Both the position numbers and the translations under genes were made by a program. The notes beneath the pieces were generated by a model. That model was not told the DNA's origin, ran no database searches, and worked only from the letters and a program-made list of their open reading frames with translations. DNA of 64,000 nt, taken from NCBI GenBank assembly GCA_963675785.1, contig OY776562.1, forward strand, positions 1 through 64,000, read 5' to 3'. Positions 48,522 to 57,822 of the stretch are shown piece after piece. This stretch comes from Anaerolineae bacterium (GTDB taxonomy: Bacteria > Chloroflexota > Anaerolineae > UBA1429). Position 1 is the first letter of the stretch. Every line of letters starts with the position of its first letter.

Positions 48522-49877
48522 ATGCGAATACTCTATGTGCTGCATTGCTACATGCCCGATTCTACGGGCGGCACCGAGGTACATGTCAACCTGCTGGCCA
48601 GAGCCTTGAGTGCACAGCACGATGTGGCCATTTGCTACCGCGTTGCCCGGCCCGGCAAGGCCGAATTCAGCATTGAGCGTGGCGCTTATGAGGGCGTGCC
48701 TACCTATGGCATTGTCAACAATTACAGCTGGAGCAGCGGGCCAGAGGGCGCTTATCGCTGTTTGGCGATAGAGCCGGCCTTTGAGCAAGTGTTGGATGAA
48801 TTTCAGCCCGATCTGGTGCATTTTCATCATCTGGGTGAGCTTTCTACTACGCTGCCGGCTGTTGTCCGGGCCCGCGGTGTCCCTGCGGTGCTCACTCTGC
48901 ATGATTTTTGGCCCATGTGCTATCGTTCTTATCTGATGACGCCATGGAACGCGCTGTGCCTCGGCCCCGATGGCGGGCAGCGCTGCGGCCCCTGTTGGGC
49001 GCACGATCATGTCAGTGCTGGGCCGCTGCTTTCGGGCGGTAGGCTGGCTCGGATGAAGGCTTGGGGGGTGCGCGGCACGCTACGACGTATCGGAGGCGTG
49101 TTACACAAGCAAGCCTCGGGCGTCTCGCAAGACCATTTGCTAGAGCGGGACGCTCATTTCCGCCAGGTGCTGCAGCAGTTCGATGCCCTGTGGGCGCCCT
49201 CGCGCTTTTTGCGCGACCGCATTGCTCGCTGGGCCGATATGCCCGACGGCATTGATTACATTCCTAACGGTATCAACCCCGACAACCTCGCTGACTATGA
49301 CCCTCTTCTGCCCAATGAACCGCGGCTGCAGATTGGCTTTGTGGGCACCGTGTCGCGCCACAAAGGCGTCGAGGTGTTGGTTGAGGCCATGAATCTACTG
49401 GCAGGCGAACCGGTCGATTGCCGTATTTACGGCGCGCCGCTTTATGATGATGGCTTGGCGTATATGAATGGATTAGAACAGAGCCTGACGAATCCATCCG
49501 TGTGCTTTGAGGGGCGTGTGCCCAATGCCGAGATTGGCGACGTACTTTCGGGGCTGGACGTCCTCGTTGTGCCTTCGGTGTGGTGGGAAAACTGCCCTAT
49601 GACGATTCTAGAGGCTCAGTACGCCCGTCGGCCTGTCATTGCTACCAACATTGGCGGCATGGCCGAGCTGGTGCACGATGGCAAGAATGGCCTCACCTTT
49701 GCCCCTGGCGATGCTGAGGCGTTGGCCGAGGCCATCAAGCGCTTGGCTCACGACCGTGAACTGCTGCATCGCTTGCAGCAGGGCATTACGCCGCCGCCGG
49801 CCATGGCGGATGTGGCCGCCGAGATACTGACGCGTTATGAGACGCTTTTAGCACAGCACGGTGAGAGGCGTATCTGA
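48522..49877 (+). CDS. GT4 glycosyltransferase (ExpE7-like)
   Basis: GGTE, HDFW..C, PSVWWENCP..ILEA. Confidence 0.88.
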   Translation: MRILYVLHCYMPDSTGGTEVHVNLLARALSAQHDVAICYRVARPGKAEFSIERGAYEGVPTYGIVNNYSWSSGPEGAYRCLAIEPAFEQVLDEFQPDLVHFHHLGELSTTLPAVVRARGVPAVLTLHDFWPMCYRSYLMTPWNALCLGPDGGQRCGPCWAHDHVSAGPLLSGGRLARMKAWGVRGTLRRIGGVLHKQASGVSQDHLLERDAHFRQVLQQFDALWAPSRFLRDRIARWADMPDGIDYIPNGINPDNLADYDPLLPNEPRLQIGFVGTVSRHKGVEVLVEAMNLLAGEPVDCRIYGAPLYDDGLAYMNGLEQSLTNPSVCFEGRVPNAEIGDVLSGLDVLVVPSVWWENCPMTILEAQYARRPVIATNIGGMAELVHDGKNGLTFAPGDAEALAEAIKRLAHDRELLHRLQQGITPPPAMADVAAEILTRYETLLAQHGERRI

Positions 49878-51205
49878 TGCACATCATACTGGTGGTGCAT
49901 CAATTTGGTGAGGGACGTATTGGCGGCACCGAGCGCTACACATTGAACTTGGCTCGCGGCTTGGTTGAGTATGGGCAGCGTGTGACGGTGCTGACCTTTG
50001 CCGAGGATGACAGTGCCCAGGCGCATTTGGTCGCTTCAGAGATCGAGGGATTCCCCACTCTTACAGTAGCGGCGAGCCTGCTCCATCTTGATGACCCTGT
50101 TCGCGCCAGCTATGCGGGTGATCTCTTCAAGGATGTGTTGGTGCATGTGTTGGACGAGGCCCAACCGGATATCGTACACATCACGCATCCGGGCAACTTG
50201 GGATTGGGCGTGATTGATCTTTGCCACGAGCAGCATATCCCAGTGATGGCCACCCTCACTGATTACTGGGCCATTTGCCCGACCAGCCAGCTCATGAGGG
50301 TTGACGGCGACGTGTGCCCCGGGCCGGTGGATATCGGCCAGTGCGCCCGCTGCATCACCAACATGGGGCCTCGCGGAACGCAGCTGCGCGGCCTGGTGGG
50401 GCGTCTACCTGCGTGGGGCTGGCGCTTTATGCTATGGTTATCTCATAATGGAGTTTTGGCTGGGCGAGGCCCTCTGCGTTGGCTATCTTCCTTGCGGGAA
50501 CGCCAGGACTATATTTGTGGACAGCTCGACAAGGCAGGAGTGGTGTTTTGCCCGGGGGCTTTTCAGCGTGAGATGCTGGTAGCAAACGGTCTGAATGCTC
50601 AGCAGTTAGTTCATGCCCCCCACGGTATCGTCGATCCTGAGGGGATCATGCGAGAGCGAACCGCCTCTGAAACGCTACGCTGTGCTTACATTGGGCCTCT
50701 GGCTGAACACAAGGGCGCTATGCTGCCTCTTTTGGCCTTGGCGCAGCTAGCCCCTCGCACTGATATCAGACTGGATTATTGGGGCAGTATTGCCAGAACG
50801 CCCTATGCTCAGGATGTGCAGCGCGCTATAGCTGCCGATGACCGTGTGCAGCATCGCGGTTCCTTCAAGTATGCGCAAATCGGCGATGTACTGGCTGGTG
50901 TGGATGTCTTGATCATGCCCTCAATATGGTACGAGAACACGCCCACCATCTTATACGAGGCTTTTGCGGCCGGTGTGCCGGTGATTACCTCGGATTTGGG
51001 TGGTATGCGTGAACTGGTGCAAGCCTATGCCGGTGGCTGGCTATTTCCGGCGGGTGATGTCTCGGCTTTGGCCCGACGCATGGCACAGCTTGCCGATGAT
51101 CCTGATGCTGTGGCGCATATGTCTATGGGTATGCGCCCAGTGCCCGATTTTGCATCTCACCTTCAACTCGTTCTGGAAGCCTATCACACTGTAACCGGGA
51201 GATAA
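49877..51205 (+). CDS. GT4 glycosyltransferase (ExpE7-like)
   Basis: GGTE, TDYW..C, PSIWYENTP..YEA. Confidence 0.88.
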   Translation: MHIILVVHQFGEGRIGGTERYTLNLARGLVEYGQRVTVLTFAEDDSAQAHLVASEIEGFPTLTVAASLLHLDDPVRASYAGDLFKDVLVHVLDEAQPDIVHITHPGNLGLGVIDLCHEQHIPVMATLTDYWAICPTSQLMRVDGDVCPGPVDIGQCARCITNMGPRGTQLRGLVGRLPAWGWRFMLWLSHNGVLAGRGPLRWLSSLRERQDYICGQLDKAGVVFCPGAFQREMLVANGLNAQQLVHAPHGIVDPEGIMRERTASETLRCAYIGPLAEHKGAMLPLLALAQLAPRTDIRLDYWGSIARTPYAQDVQRAIAADDRVQHRGSFKYAQIGDVLAGVDVLIMPSIWYENTPTILYEAFAAGVPVITSDLGGMRELVQAYAGGWLFPAGDVSALARRMAQLADDPDAVAHMSMGMRPVPDFASHLQLVLEAYHTVTGR

Positions 51206-51207
51206 TC

Positions 51208-52590
51208 TTGCAGGAATCTCGTTCACGTGTGCTCTTTGTGAGCCAGGATATGGTTGGCCCTCGCATGGCCGGTACGGGCATTCGTGTGTGGGAACTGTGT
51301 CGTGTTTTGTCGCGCTATTGTGATGTGACTTTGGCTGCGCCGGTACAGGGGATCTTGCCTGAGATGGCTTGGCGTGTAGTACCTATTACGTTGGAAGATG
51401 AGAACGAGATTGTTCCACTGATTGCTGAGGCCGATGTGGTTATCACTTCGGCGTTTGCCGCAGCCGATTATCCTCTGCTGAGTAGCCTGGATATACCCTG
51501 GGTAGGTGATGCCTATGTGCCCTCATCGACCGAGTGCCTTCCGCTGAACGCCCACTGGGCTATGGATGATCGTTTGCGTGGTCACAGCGACGACACCACA
51601 GCCTTGAACGTCTTTTTCCGGCACGGCGATTTTTGCATGTGCGCCAGCGAGCGTCAGCGCGACCTGTATCTTGGTTTACTGGCCGCCAATGGTCGACTGA
51701 ACCCCTATACCTATGACGCTGACGAGACTTTGCGCTCTCTGGTGGATGTGGTGCCCTATGGCCTCAGTGCTCAGGAGCCCCGGCCTACGAAGCCCATTGT
51801 GCGGGGCGTCATGCCCGGTGTGGATGACTTGGCGCACCTCATCGTCTGGGGTGGCGGCATTTGGAACTGGTTCGATCCCATCGCCCTTGTTCGCGCTCTT
51901 TCTAACGTGCTGCAGATACGCGATGATGTCTATCTCTATTTTCCGGGTACCAACCACCCCTTTGAATCACGGATGCCGGAAATGCGCATGCGCGCCGAGA
52001 CGCTGGCCCTTTGCGATGAACTGGGGCTGATGGGGCAACATGTCTTTGTGGGCAATTGGGTGCCTTATGCTGAGCGTCAGAACTATTTGCTCGAAGCCGA
52101 TATTGGCATCTCACTCCATCAGCCGGGCATAGAGCCGCGCTTTGCCTACCGCACCCGTTTGCTGGATTATATCTGGGCCGGATTGCCCATGGTCATATCT
52201 GAGGGTGATGTGCTCGCTGATCTGGTTCGCGAGGAGGGTCTCGGTTATGTAGTTGCCCCTGGCGATGTCAACGGGGTGACGAATGCCTTGCTCGCCCTGT
52301 TTTCTGAAAAGGACGCCCGCGCAGCCAGAGCCGAATGCTTCCAACGCGTGGCCGGCGAGATGACTTGGGATCGCGTGGCTGAGCCGCTGATTCGCTTTTG
52401 CACGCACCCCACCAAGGCTGCCGATCTTGCGGCCGGCTACGAGATCGACTTTGCCCCCGGGCCGCAGTTTCGGCAAGAGCTGGAGGAGGCGCGAGCCCTG
52501 AATCACGCCTATGAGCGGGGCCGTTTCATGCGTACCATGGCCTGGTTCAAACAGTTGGGTAATAAATCGCGTGGGAGAGATGACGCGTGA
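51208..52590 (+). CDS. GT4-like glycosyltransferase
   Basis: RMAGTGIR, WGGGIWNWFDP, RTRLLDYIWAGLP; GT-B layout. Confidence 0.8.
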   Translation: MQESRSRVLFVSQDMVGPRMAGTGIRVWELCRVLSRYCDVTLAAPVQGILPEMAWRVVPITLEDENEIVPLIAEADVVITSAFAAADYPLLSSLDIPWVGDAYVPSSTECLPLNAHWAMDDRLRGHSDDTTALNVFFRHGDFCMCASERQRDLYLGLLAANGRLNPYTYDADETLRSLVDVVPYGLSAQEPRPTKPIVRGVMPGVDDLAHLIVWGGGIWNWFDPIALVRALSNVLQIRDDVYLYFPGTNHPFESRMPEMRMRAETLALCDELGLMGQHVFVGNWVPYAERQNYLLEADIGISLHQPGIEPRFAYRTRLLDYIWAGLPMVISEGDVLADLVREEGLGYVVAPGDVNGVTNALLALFSEKDARAARAECFQRVAGEMTWDRVAEPLIRFCTHPTKAADLAAGYEIDFAPGPQFRQELEEARALNHAYERGRFMRTMAWFKQLGNKSRGRDDA

Positions 52591-53849
52591 GGATTCTCTA
52601 TGCCGTCCACCAATATCTACCGGGGAATCGCGCTGGCACCGAGGTCTATACACATACGCTGGCCAAGAATCTTGCCGGCGAGGCCGAGGTACTGGTGTTT
52701 TGCGGTCGCGGTTGTGTGGATCCTGCGGAGAACGACGGCGGCCTTCTGTCCTACGAGGGCGTCCCTGTCTATCAGTTGGCCAAGGGCAAGTCATCCAACT
52801 CTGCAAATCCTCTGATTGAATTTCGCCACGATTATATCAATCCGGCTGCTCGCCGCTCTTTTGCCAAGCTGCTGGATAGCTACCAACCGGATATCGTTCA
52901 TGTGCAGCACCTCAAGGGTTTGGGCACCGGCCTGATTACTGAGGCACAAGTGCGCGGCATTCCCGTAGTGATGACGCTGCACGATTACTGGGCCATTTGC
53001 CCCAATGCCCAGTTTGTTCGTCCTGATGGCACTATTTGCTATGGCACCCATTGGAATTATGAATGTGCCTGGTGTGCGGCGGCCAAACTCTCGCGCCCCG
53101 CTGTTCGTTATTTGGCGCCGTTTATGATGCCCCTGTTCGCTCATCGGCGGGGCCATTTAAAGCGTGCACTTGAGGCGGTGAACGCCTTTGTTACTCCCTC
53201 GCTCTTTTTGCGCAACAAATACGCCGCTGCGGGCTATCCTGTCGAAAAGATTCACATTCTGGAAAACGGCCTTGATCTCTCACGCATTGCGGGTCGGCAT
53301 GGAAATGATGCACCTTATCGCGGTAACTATGCCTATGTGGGTTCTCTAGCCTGGCAAAAAGGTGTTCACGTATTGGTGGATGCTTTTCTTGAGTTGGGCG
53401 ACTGTGGAGCGACCCTCCGTATCTATGGAAATCCCGACATGTTTCCCGATTATGCGCAAGAGCTTGTTCGTGCGGTCGGGGCTTGCCCCTGGATCGAGTT
53501 CATGGGCGAGATCGCCAGTGAGCATGTTGGCGAGGTTTATGAGTGGGCCGATTACGCCGTGCTGGGCTCTCTGTGGTGGGAGAACTCACCAGTGACTATC
53601 CAAGAGGCTTATGCCGCCGGAGTCCCCGTTATTGCTCCCCGGCTAGGTGCCATGGAGGAAAAGGTACACGACGGTGAAACGGGCCTGCTTTATGCGGCTG
53701 GTGATGCGGCCAGCCTGGCGCGCATCATTCGCACTACCAATGAAGACAAGACTTTGCTCTCTCAGCTACGCCCCAATCTTGAGGCGGTTTCGATTGACGA
53801 GCATGCAATGCGGGTGATGGCTCTTTATCAGGAGTTGTTGGGTCAATGA
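52587..53849 (+). CDS. GT4 glycosyltransferase (ExpE7-like)
   Basis: AGTE, HDYW..C, SLWWENSP..IQEA. Confidence 0.88.
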   Translation: MRILYAVHQYLPGNRAGTEVYTHTLAKNLAGEAEVLVFCGRGCVDPAENDGGLLSYEGVPVYQLAKGKSSNSANPLIEFRHDYINPAARRSFAKLLDSYQPDIVHVQHLKGLGTGLITEAQVRGIPVVMTLHDYWAICPNAQFVRPDGTICYGTHWNYECAWCAAAKLSRPAVRYLAPFMMPLFAHRRGHLKRALEAVNAFVTPSLFLRNKYAAAGYPVEKIHILENGLDLSRIAGRHGNDAPYRGNYAYVGSLAWQKGVHVLVDAFLELGDCGATLRIYGNPDMFPDYAQELVRAVGACPWIEFMGEIASEHVGEVYEWADYAVLGSLWWENSPVTIQEAYAAGVPVIAPRLGAMEEKVHDGETGLLYAAGDAASLARIIRTTNEDKTLLSQLRPNLEAVSIDEHAMRVMALYQELLGQ

Positions 53850-55792
53850 AATTTTCACAACTAACACTGCGTGTGCTACTTGGCGTGCTCTGTTTGCTCG
53901 GCATTACCTTGCTCTATGTTCCGAGTGAGCTGCCGACCAATGACTGGCTGCGCATGGGGTTACTGATAGCTCGTGCTTTGCTGCTGGTGCTGGTTCCTGG
54001 TGGACTGATCTTGAGCTGTTTCCATCATGAATACGAGCCAGACGAGGCGTTGGCTTTTGCCCCTATTCTTTCGCTGGCATTGTTTCCGCTGACTTTGCTG
54101 CTTTGTACGACGGCTGGTCTAGCTCTTTCAGCCAATGCCTTGCGCGTCGTTTTGGCGGTGGGACTGATCTGCTTGGCTGTGCGCATCATTCACCGCATCG
54201 AGGATGTGGAATTGCATTTCACACCCAAACTGGCATCTGTACTTTCTTTGGGCCTGATCTTCTTTGGTGCTTTGTTGCTACGGCTGTATCAAATTCGTGG
54301 CATTGCCTATCCTGCCGGCGGCGATTCCTATCATCATACGCTCATCACCCAACTCATCATGATGTTTGGCCAGGTACCCGATAGCTATGAACCACTGGTG
54401 GATATCTCGAGCTTTACCTATCACTTTGGCTATCACACCTACAGCGCTTTTTTAGGATGGATTGGTGATCTTGAGCCTCATCGGGCTGTACTCTGGGGCG
54501 GCCAGTTTTTGAATGCTTTGACGGTGCCCTCTGTTTGGTTCCTCACCAAAAGGATATCACACAGTCGCCGAGCGGCTGTGGCTGCCTCGGTGATGGCCGG
54601 ACTTGTTTGCATGATGCCTGCTCACTATGTGAACTGGGGGCGGTATGCTCAGCTTATGGGGCAAGTGGTGCTCTTGCCTGCTCTAGGTGTACTGCTTGAT
54701 GCCCTCAAGCCAGGCCGTATCTCCTGGTGGCTAATAGGCCTGACGGCAGTGATGGGGGCAGGGGTGGGGTTGTGCCATTACCGAGTGGCCATCTTTTACT
54801 TGGTAGGAGCGTTGATTGTGGCCATTGCGGCTTTTATACGAGTCAGCAGCAGTCAGCGCTTACATATCCTTTTCGAGGTTGTACTAATCTCCGCTATCGC
54901 TCTTGCTCTCATGTCCCCTTGGCTTCCTTCTTTTCTACACAAGACGGTTTCTGCTGCAGAAGAAGTAACTGCTCGTGCTGATACGAGCCAGTATGATTAC
55001 CTGACCCTTGATTTTATACTGGGAATGGGACTACAACCGGCCGTGATCATTGCCTCCATTCTAAGTTCCCTTTGGTTGCTCGTTCGGAAAACCTATCGCG
55101 TACAGACTATAGGCATCTTAATTTGGGTCGTAATAGTCTGGTTTCTTGCCAACTCCGATTTTTCCAGTATCCCCAACGGTTTTCTGACAAACGGCACTTT
55201 GGTATTGGCCCTCTATTTGCCAACTTCTCTGCTAATTGGCCTCGCTCTGGCGGATATGAGTCGGTTGATTGCCCCGCACTTTGGGGGACAATCAATCGGG
55301 CTCGTTGCACTTGGCACAATAGTTTGCCTGTGGGGCGCATTGGGCATTCGCGACAAATTGAACTGGGGCATTGATCGAGGTATGTTCTGGGTGACCAATG
55401 GCGATCTTGCGGCTATGACTTGGATTGAAGAAAATACTGTTCCTGAAGCCAGCTTTTCCATCGCCATGAATTATTGGCAGACCGAACACATTGGTGCTGT
55501 GGACGGCGGTTATTGGATTGAATATGTTACAGGGCGCCATATTCTGGTCCCGCCCCTTGTTTACATCAACGAAATGACTGTCTCGCAAATTGCATCTATC
55601 GATAAGATTGGTTTGGCCTTGCTGGAAGCCGACGATGTGAGTGAATACGCGCAAGCTATGCGTAACGCTAACCTCGATTATGTGTACGAACACTTGGATT
55701 CTCCTATTTTGGCCGACGATGAATTCTTCCACTCTGACCTGTTCGAGCTGGTTTACGAAAACGATACTGTGGCTATCTACGCCTTGAATTAG
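53846..55792 (+). CDS. Polytopic membrane protein, probable GT-C fold transferase (STT3/AglB-like motifs)
   Basis: More than 12 TM helices, DSYHH loop, YHFGYH, AMTWIEENT, DGGYWI, FELVYEN..VAIY. Confidence 0.65.
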   Translation: MKFSQLTLRVLLGVLCLLGITLLYVPSELPTNDWLRMGLLIARALLLVLVPGGLILSCFHHEYEPDEALAFAPILSLALFPLTLLLCTTAGLALSANALRVVLAVGLICLAVRIIHRIEDVELHFTPKLASVLSLGLIFFGALLLRLYQIRGIAYPAGGDSYHHTLITQLIMMFGQVPDSYEPLVDISSFTYHFGYHTYSAFLGWIGDLEPHRAVLWGGQFLNALTVPSVWFLTKRISHSRRAAVAASVMAGLVCMMPAHYVNWGRYAQLMGQVVLLPALGVLLDALKPGRISWWLIGLTAVMGAGVGLCHYRVAIFYLVGALIVAIAAFIRVSSSQRLHILFEVVLISAIALALMSPWLPSFLHKTVSAAEEVTARADTSQYDYLTLDFILGMGLQPAVIIASILSSLWLLVRKTYRVQTIGILIWVVIVWFLANSDFSSIPNGFLTNGTLVLALYLPTSLLIGLALADMSRLIAPHFGGQSIGLVALGTIVCLWGALGIRDKLNWGIDRGMFWVTNGDLAAMTWIEENTVPEASFSIAMNYWQTEHIGAVDGGYWIEYVTGRHILVPPLVYINEMTVSQIASIDKIGLALLEADDVSEYAQAMRNANLDYVYEHLDSPILADDEFFHSDLFELVYENDTVAIYALN

Positions 55793-55808
55793 CAAGCGAT
55801 ATGTTTGC

Positions 55809-55839
55809 TGGTGTCATCTCTAAGGATGACACCATTTTT
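55809..55839 (+). terminator. Terminator (or operator) after the glycan locus
   Basis: TGGTGTCATC/GATGACACCA followed by TTTTT. Confidence 0.6.
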
Positions 55840-55914
55840 GTTTGTTGCGAGCCAAACTGTAAGCACATGCAAAGAATAATTGTCGATATGCTGCGTTAAC
55901 GTTAGAATCGAGCT

Positions 55915-57822
55915 ATGGATAATCTACAGTTTTCGTCAGGGAGTCAGCATCTCGATCAACTACTGGAAGAGCTCCGCATTGGCGACAATGTGGTTTTCTC
56001 AGTGAGTGATCCCCAGGCCTACAAACCGTTCGTTGCATTGCTAAAAGATCGTGCTGCGGGAGCTAGTCCACGCATCATTTATGCGCGTTCTAATGGCATG
56101 CTCGACTCTGTTATGGGCGATTGGCCAAATGTCCAAGTACTCAATCTGGTTGCTTTGGCTGGAGATGATCTCCTTGATGCGCTAGAGTGTAGCATGCGTG
56201 AGATCGGCCGGGGTGTACATTATGTCTTTGATCCCCTCGATTCCTTGGCGCCGACGTTTTGCTCTTCAGAAGATTTGGGATACTTGTTCAAACGCATGTG
56301 TCCTTTACTTTATGCGCTAGATACAGTAGCGTATTGGGTTTTGCTTCGCTCAAAACACTCGGACAAACTCATTGCTGATGTCAAAGATTGCACACAGGTG
56401 TTCCTTGAAGTCCGGGAAAGCGCTGGGGAGTTTATCTTGACGCCTCTCAAAGTAGCCGGCCGTTATTCTGAGCGTATGTTTCGTCCTCATCAGATTCTTG
56501 ACCGAACCAGCTTTACCTTAAAGGCCCTTGCCGTAGGTTCTGGCGATCAGCAGAACTATGCCCGCATATTGGAAGACAAAAACCGCGAGTTGATCGAAAT
56601 TCGTGACGCGCTGGATGCTAGTAATCAAGAGTTGCAAGCACGCAACCAGTCTTTGGCCGAACAGCAAGAACGGACGCGCACGCTTACCAACATGCTTTCT
56701 GACGTTCTGGCACTTTTGCAGATGGGTCAAGAAATCGCCTCGTCTCTGGTGCTCGAACAGGTGCGTCAGACTGGCATAGAAGCTGCTCAGCGCTTGTTCA
56801 AGGCGAGTCAGGTCAGTCTCGTTTTGAACGATGATGACTTGGATATTGCCGATCAGATGTCTCTTTTGGATGTAGAAGACCAAGCTTTGCAAGAGTTCCG
56901 TCAATTGCTGCAGGAGGCTGGGAATTGTCGACAGGTGTGCTCTGCCACACTTGATGGCGGACGATCTGTTGCTGTGGCACCGTTTTTATCTCGTGGCAAG
57001 ACAGCTGGTTTTTTGGTGATTGTTGCTCCTGATATGCAGTTGGACCGTGCTGAAAACCGTGCTTGGCTGGAATATCTGAGTTCTGTTATTGGCGTGGCTA
57101 TTGATAATGCCCGACTTTATGCAGAACTAGAAGAACAGGGAGAACAGTTGCGCTCTTGGGTCGAGCGGGTCATTTCTCAGGAAGAGACCAACAGCAGGCA
57201 ATTTGCTCTGGATCTCCATGACGGACTCTTGCAGCTTATCGTGGCTGCCTATCAGCACCTGCAAAGCGCTCGTGCCTGGCAAGATCGTAACCCTGAGCGG
57301 CAGACTGCAGAGGCGGAACTAGGCTCTCGGCTAGTTCGTGATGCTATTCATGAATCACGACGCCTCATCGCGCAGCTCAGGCCGGCTGGTTTGGATGATT
57401 TCGGCTTGCTGCATGCCTTGCGATTATTTTTTACCCAGCAAATGCAGGATACTGGTTTGGCTGTAGATGCCGAGTTTAGTGCGGATTGGCCAACTTTGCC
57501 TGTTTCGTTGGAAGCTGCCATATTTCGCATCGTTCAAGAGGCCATGACCAATGTGCTTAAACATGCGCAGGCTGAACGCGTTAGCGTGCAACTCTATCGC
57601 GATGAGAGTCTTCTTTGTATTGAAGTGATCGATCATGGTCAAGGTTTCGATGTTGGCAAAGTGGTGGCCAAGCCAGAGCGGGGTTTGCATATCGGCCTGG
57701 TGGGTATTCGTGAGAGGGCTCGTTTGTGGGATGGATCATGCACGGTTGATAGTGAACTAGGGCGAGGCACCCGAATATTTGTCACCATCCCAATGCCAGA
57801 AGATAGGGGGGATGGATCATGA
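55915..57822 (+). CDS. Cytoplasmic histidine kinase: KaiC/RecA-like N-domain, coiled coil, GAF, HisKA_3, HATPase
   Basis: No TM segment; ALDLHDG, QEAMTNVLKHA, DHGQGF, GLVGIRER; N-terminal SSG...LDQLL..LRIGDNVV. Confidence 0.85.
   Translation: MDNLQFSSGSQHLDQLLEELRIGDNVVFSVSDPQAYKPFVALLKDRAAGASPRIIYARSNGMLDSVMGDWPNVQVLNLVALAGDDLLDALECSMREIGRGVHYVFDPLDSLAPTFCSSEDLGYLFKRMCPLLYALDTVAYWVLLRSKHSDKLIADVKDCTQVFLEVRESAGEFILTPLKVAGRYSERMFRPHQILDRTSFTLKALAVGSGDQQNYARILEDKNRELIEIRDALDASNQELQARNQSLAEQQERTRTLTNMLSDVLALLQMGQEIASSLVLEQVRQTGIEAAQRLFKASQVSLVLNDDDLDIADQMSLLDVEDQALQEFRQLLQEAGNCRQVCSATLDGGRSVAVAPFLSRGKTAGFLVIVAPDMQLDRAENRAWLEYLSSVIGVAIDNARLYAELEEQGEQLRSWVERVISQEETNSRQFALDLHDGLLQLIVAAYQHLQSARAWQDRNPERQTAEAELGSRLVRDAIHESRRLIAQLRPAGLDDFGLLHALRLFFTQQMQDTGLAVDAEFSADWPTLPVSLEAAIFRIVQEAMTNVLKHAQAERVSVQLYRDESLLCIEVIDHGQGFDVGKVVAKPERGLHIGLVGIRERARLWDGSCTVDSELGRGTRIFVTIPMPEDRGDGS

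Noticed and set aside
43237-55839. Glycan locus as an island integrated at tRNA-Pro
   Set aside because: No integrase and no duplicated tRNA 3' end seen; the tRNA has its own terminator
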